From: a virus
Length of the DNA stretch: 64,000 nucleotides
Reading direction: 5' to 3' (one strand)
Virus record (IMG/VR): IMGVR_UViG_3300028394_002801
Location: 32,001 to 96,000 of that record
Shown here: positions 61,465 through 64,000 of the stretch, piece by piece
How positions within the stretch are numbered: the stretch's first letter is position 1
Layout of the letters: the number at the start of each line of letters is the position of its first letter
Translations under genes and position numbers: made by a program
Notes under the pieces: model-generated
Databases searched by the model: none
What the model saw: the letters and a program-made list of their open reading frames with translations, nothing else
What the model was told of the DNA's origin: nothing

Positions 61465-62088
61465 ATGAAATTATTTGATAGATTTGATAAAGTGTATTGT
61501 ATTAATTTAGAGCATAGAGAAGATAGGAAGAATCATATTTTATCTGAATGTAATAAATATGATTTAGGTGAAGTTTCTTTTTTTAACGCATTTAATGGTA
61601 ATAATCTTTCAAACCCATATAAAATATCTAATGGTAATTTTGGATTGATATTAACAAATATTGAAATTATTAAGGAGGCAAAAAATAATAATTACAAAAA
61701 TATTCTAATACTTGAAGATGATTGTTATTTTACTAGTGAAGTGTTAAATATAAATACATACTTTGATGCTTTACCAGATGATTGGGATATGCTTTATTTA
61801 GGGGGTAATCATAATACACATATTGGGAATTCACCCCCTATAGTAATAAATGAAAAAATTGTAAAATTACATAGCACACTCACAACTCACTTTGTTGCTA
61901 TAAATAATCACATGTATGATGTTATATTAGCAAGGTTATCAAAATTTGATAATCCAATTGATGTTGTGTATACTGGAATACAAAAACTATACAATGTATA
62001 TTCTACATCTAATACAATAGCTAAACAACTTAATGGGTATAGTGATATTGAAAATAGAGTTGTTGATTATAGTCAACTCATAAAATAA
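61465..62088 (+). CDS. GT25-family glycosyltransferase
   Basis: YCINLEHREDR, LILEDD, WDMLYLG, Q..GYSDI. Confidence 0.85.
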   Translation: MKLFDRFDKVYCINLEHREDRKNHILSECNKYDLGEVSFFNAFNGNNLSNPYKISNGNFGLILTNIEIIKEAKNNNYKNILILEDDCYFTSEVLNINTYFDALPDDWDMLYLGGNHNTHIGNSPPIVINEKIVKLHSTLTTHFVAINNHMYDVILARLSKFDNPIDVVYTGIQKLYNVYSTSNTIAKQLNGYSDIENRVVDYSQLIK

Positions 62089-62091
62089 TTT

Positions 62092-62880
62092 ATGAATTAC
62101 ATTACAACAAATCATAGAGGGGGGATTGGGAATGTTATGTTTAAACTTGCGGCATCAGTAAGTTTAGCTATGGATAATAAGGTTGAGCATATTTTTTCAA
62201 AGGAGTTTATTAGACCTATTGACCCTAACTACCCAACATATTATAGTAATATTTTAAGAGGGTTTAAGTTTATTGAAAACCTGCCACCAAAATATCATAT
62301 ATATAATGAACCTAAATTTTCATATACAGACATACCTTATATTGAAGGAACCAACTTACTATTAGATGGATACTTTCAAAGTGAAAATTATTTTATTAGA
62401 AATAAAGAAACAATCATTAACTTATTTAAACCAACTAATGAAATAAAAGAAAGTATAATAAAGGACATTCTAGGTATTCAAAATTATATATCAATACATG
62501 TTAGAAGGGGAGATTTTCTAAACTACCCAAATCATCACCCCCAACAATCATTAGAATATTATAAAAAAGCAATAGATAACTTTGGTGTTGATAGAACTTA
62601 TATAATATTTAGTGATGATTTAGAGGGTGTTAAGGATATGTTTAATTTTCTACCAAACAAAATATTCTACACTTCTAGTCAAGATTGGTTAGATTTATAC
62701 ATAATGAGTTTGTGTGAGCATAATATTATATGTAATAGCACTTTTAGTTGGTGGGGTGCTTACTTAAATGAAAACCCAAACAAAGTGGTTATTGCACCAA
62801 AAAAATGGTTTGGATTAGCATATACACACTATGATACATCAACTTTAATACCAAAAGACTGGTTAATATTAAATGAGTAA
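62092..62880 (+). CDS. GT11 alpha-1,2-fucosyltransferase-like
   Basis: GGIGN.MF, GYFQSE, IHVRRGD, FSDD, NSTFSWWGAYL. Confidence 0.9.
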   Translation: MNYITTNHRGGIGNVMFKLAASVSLAMDNKVEHIFSKEFIRPIDPNYPTYYSNILRGFKFIENLPPKYHIYNEPKFSYTDIPYIEGTNLLLDGYFQSENYFIRNKETIINLFKPTNEIKESIIKDILGIQNYISIHVRRGDFLNYPNHHPQQSLEYYKKAIDNFGVDRTYIIFSDDLEGVKDMFNFLPNKIFYTSSQDWLDLYIMSLCEHNIICNSTFSWWGAYLNENPNKVVIAPKKWFGLAYTHYDTSTLIPKDWLILNE

Positions 62881-62882
62881 AT

Positions 62883-63293
62883 ATGAATAAAATTTTTTCA
62901 AAAGTAGAAGAAGGTAAATTGTTGCATATCATCAATAGATTTGATGAAATAAGTGGTAGGAATGAAATTGTGCCAGAAGATAATTTCATCCAATGTGCAA
63001 CCCTAAAAATGCCAAAAGGTAAAACATTTCCACCACATAAACATATAACAAAAGAAAGGCATTACCTTGAACAAATTGCACAAGAATCTTGGGTTGTAAT
63101 AAAAGGTAGTGTTAAGTGTTTCTTTTATGATATTGATGATACAATTATAGCAACAGAAGTATTAAATTTTGGTGATGCTAGTTTTACATTATATGGAGGA
63201 CATACTTATGAAATATTGGAAGATGATACAATTGTGTATGAATATAAAACTGGACCTTATGAGGGGCAAAAACTTGATAAAACATTCATATAA
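62883..63293 (+). CDS. Cupin (WbuC-like) protein
   Basis: PHKH, QE, GGH, EYKTGPY. Confidence 0.7.
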   Translation: MNKIFSKVEEGKLLHIINRFDEISGRNEIVPEDNFIQCATLKMPKGKTFPPHKHITKERHYLEQIAQESWVVIKGSVKCFFYDIDDTIIATEVLNFGDASFTLYGGHTYEILEDDTIVYEYKTGPYEGQKLDKTFI

Positions 63294-63826
63294 TGAATCA
63301 AAAATATAAATCAATAGGTGAGGATGTTTTTATACATAAAGATGCCATAATAAAGCATCCAAATTTATGTAGTATAGGTAATCATGTTGCAATTGATAAT
63401 GGGGCTTTTTCAACTCAATTAGAAATAGGGGATTATGTTCATATTTCACCATATGTTTGCACAATTGGTGGTAAAACAACAAAAGTCACATTTGAAGATT
63501 TTTCATTTGTTGCTGCTGGAACTAAAATAGTAACAGGTAGTGAAGATTACACTGGTGGAGGGTTAGTTGGTCCAACTATACCAATAGAATATAGAAAACT
63601 AATATTTAATAATGTTATTTTCAAAAGATTTTCTGGATGTGGTGTTAATTGTTCTATTATGCCTGGTGTAACTTTTGGTGAGGGTGCTATTTTGGGTGCT
63701 AATTCATTGGCAACAAAAGATTTAGAACCTTGGACAATTTATGTTGGTTCGCCAGCAAAGCCAGTAAAAATGAGAGATAAAGATATTGTTTTGAAATATG
63801 CAAAAGAACTTGGGTATGAATGGTGA
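63293..63826 (+). CDS. Hexapeptide-repeat sugar O-acetyltransferase
   Basis: IGEDVFI, IGDYVHI, GAILGANS..TKD..PWTIYVGSPAK. Confidence 0.85.
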   Translation: MNQKYKSIGEDVFIHKDAIIKHPNLCSIGNHVAIDNGAFSTQLEIGDYVHISPYVCTIGGKTTKVTFEDFSFVAAGTKIVTGSEDYTGGGLVGPTIPIEYRKLIFNNVIFKRFSGCGVNCSIMPGVTFGEGAILGANSLATKDLEPWTIYVGSPAKPVKMRDKDIVLKYAKELGYEW

Positions 63827-64000
63827 TAAGATAAAAATAAATATGATTGGTGGGGGTTTTCAGCATTCAATATCATCAGGTGATTTAGAACCAAAATATG
63901 TTGAATGGGTTAAACACACTCAAGCGGCACCAATTTCTTTTCATATTGATTATGCTATATTAGCTGATGTAAACCCAGCAAAAAAAAACTATGGGTGGCT
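63816..64000 (+). CDS. Partial ORF, probable glycosyltransferase, truncated by right edge
   Basis: Translated manually: MNGDKIKINMIGGGFQHS...YVEW...KKNYGW; operon context. Confidence 0.5.
   Translation, partial: MNGDKIKINMIGGGFQHSISSGDLEPKYVEWVKHTQAAPISFHIDYAILADVNPAKKNYGW

Noticed and set aside
1-64000. tRNA/rRNA genes or alternative genetic code
   Set aside because: No cloverleaf motifs seen in the short intergenic gaps; conserved genes are full-length in the standard code
1-64000. Bacterial eCIS/tailocin locus or eukaryotic giant virus
   Set aside because: Neck proteins, PolB, helicase and T4-like tail synteny indicate a tailed phage

Overview
This AT-rich 64-kb window comes from a large contractile-tailed (T4-like myovirus/jumbo) phage. 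The host is probably Bacteroidota, judging from TTTG-N19-TAnnTTTG promoters and FISUMP/DoxX genes. The left half is the tail morphogenesis module: baseplate, tape measure, a frameshifted chaperone pair, tube, sheath, fibres, tail terminator and neck. Within it, an endonuclease element bounded by a 29-bp direct repeat sits at the 3' end of the sheath gene. The middle holds a SNF2 helicase with a class-3-type intein, a 7-gene variable LRR-like array, a SOD, DNA polymerase B and MetK. The right half has two glycosyltransferase clusters, including two GT60 protein-O-HexNAc transferases, around a Gly-Thr-Ser collagen-like C1q fibre. Main hypothesis: the phage encodes its own virion protein O-glycosylation ('glycan coat') system, with a candidate [ST]-[GA]-x-T sequon and mucin-like/collagen-like substrates. 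All assignments come from reading motifs by eye; no searches were run.
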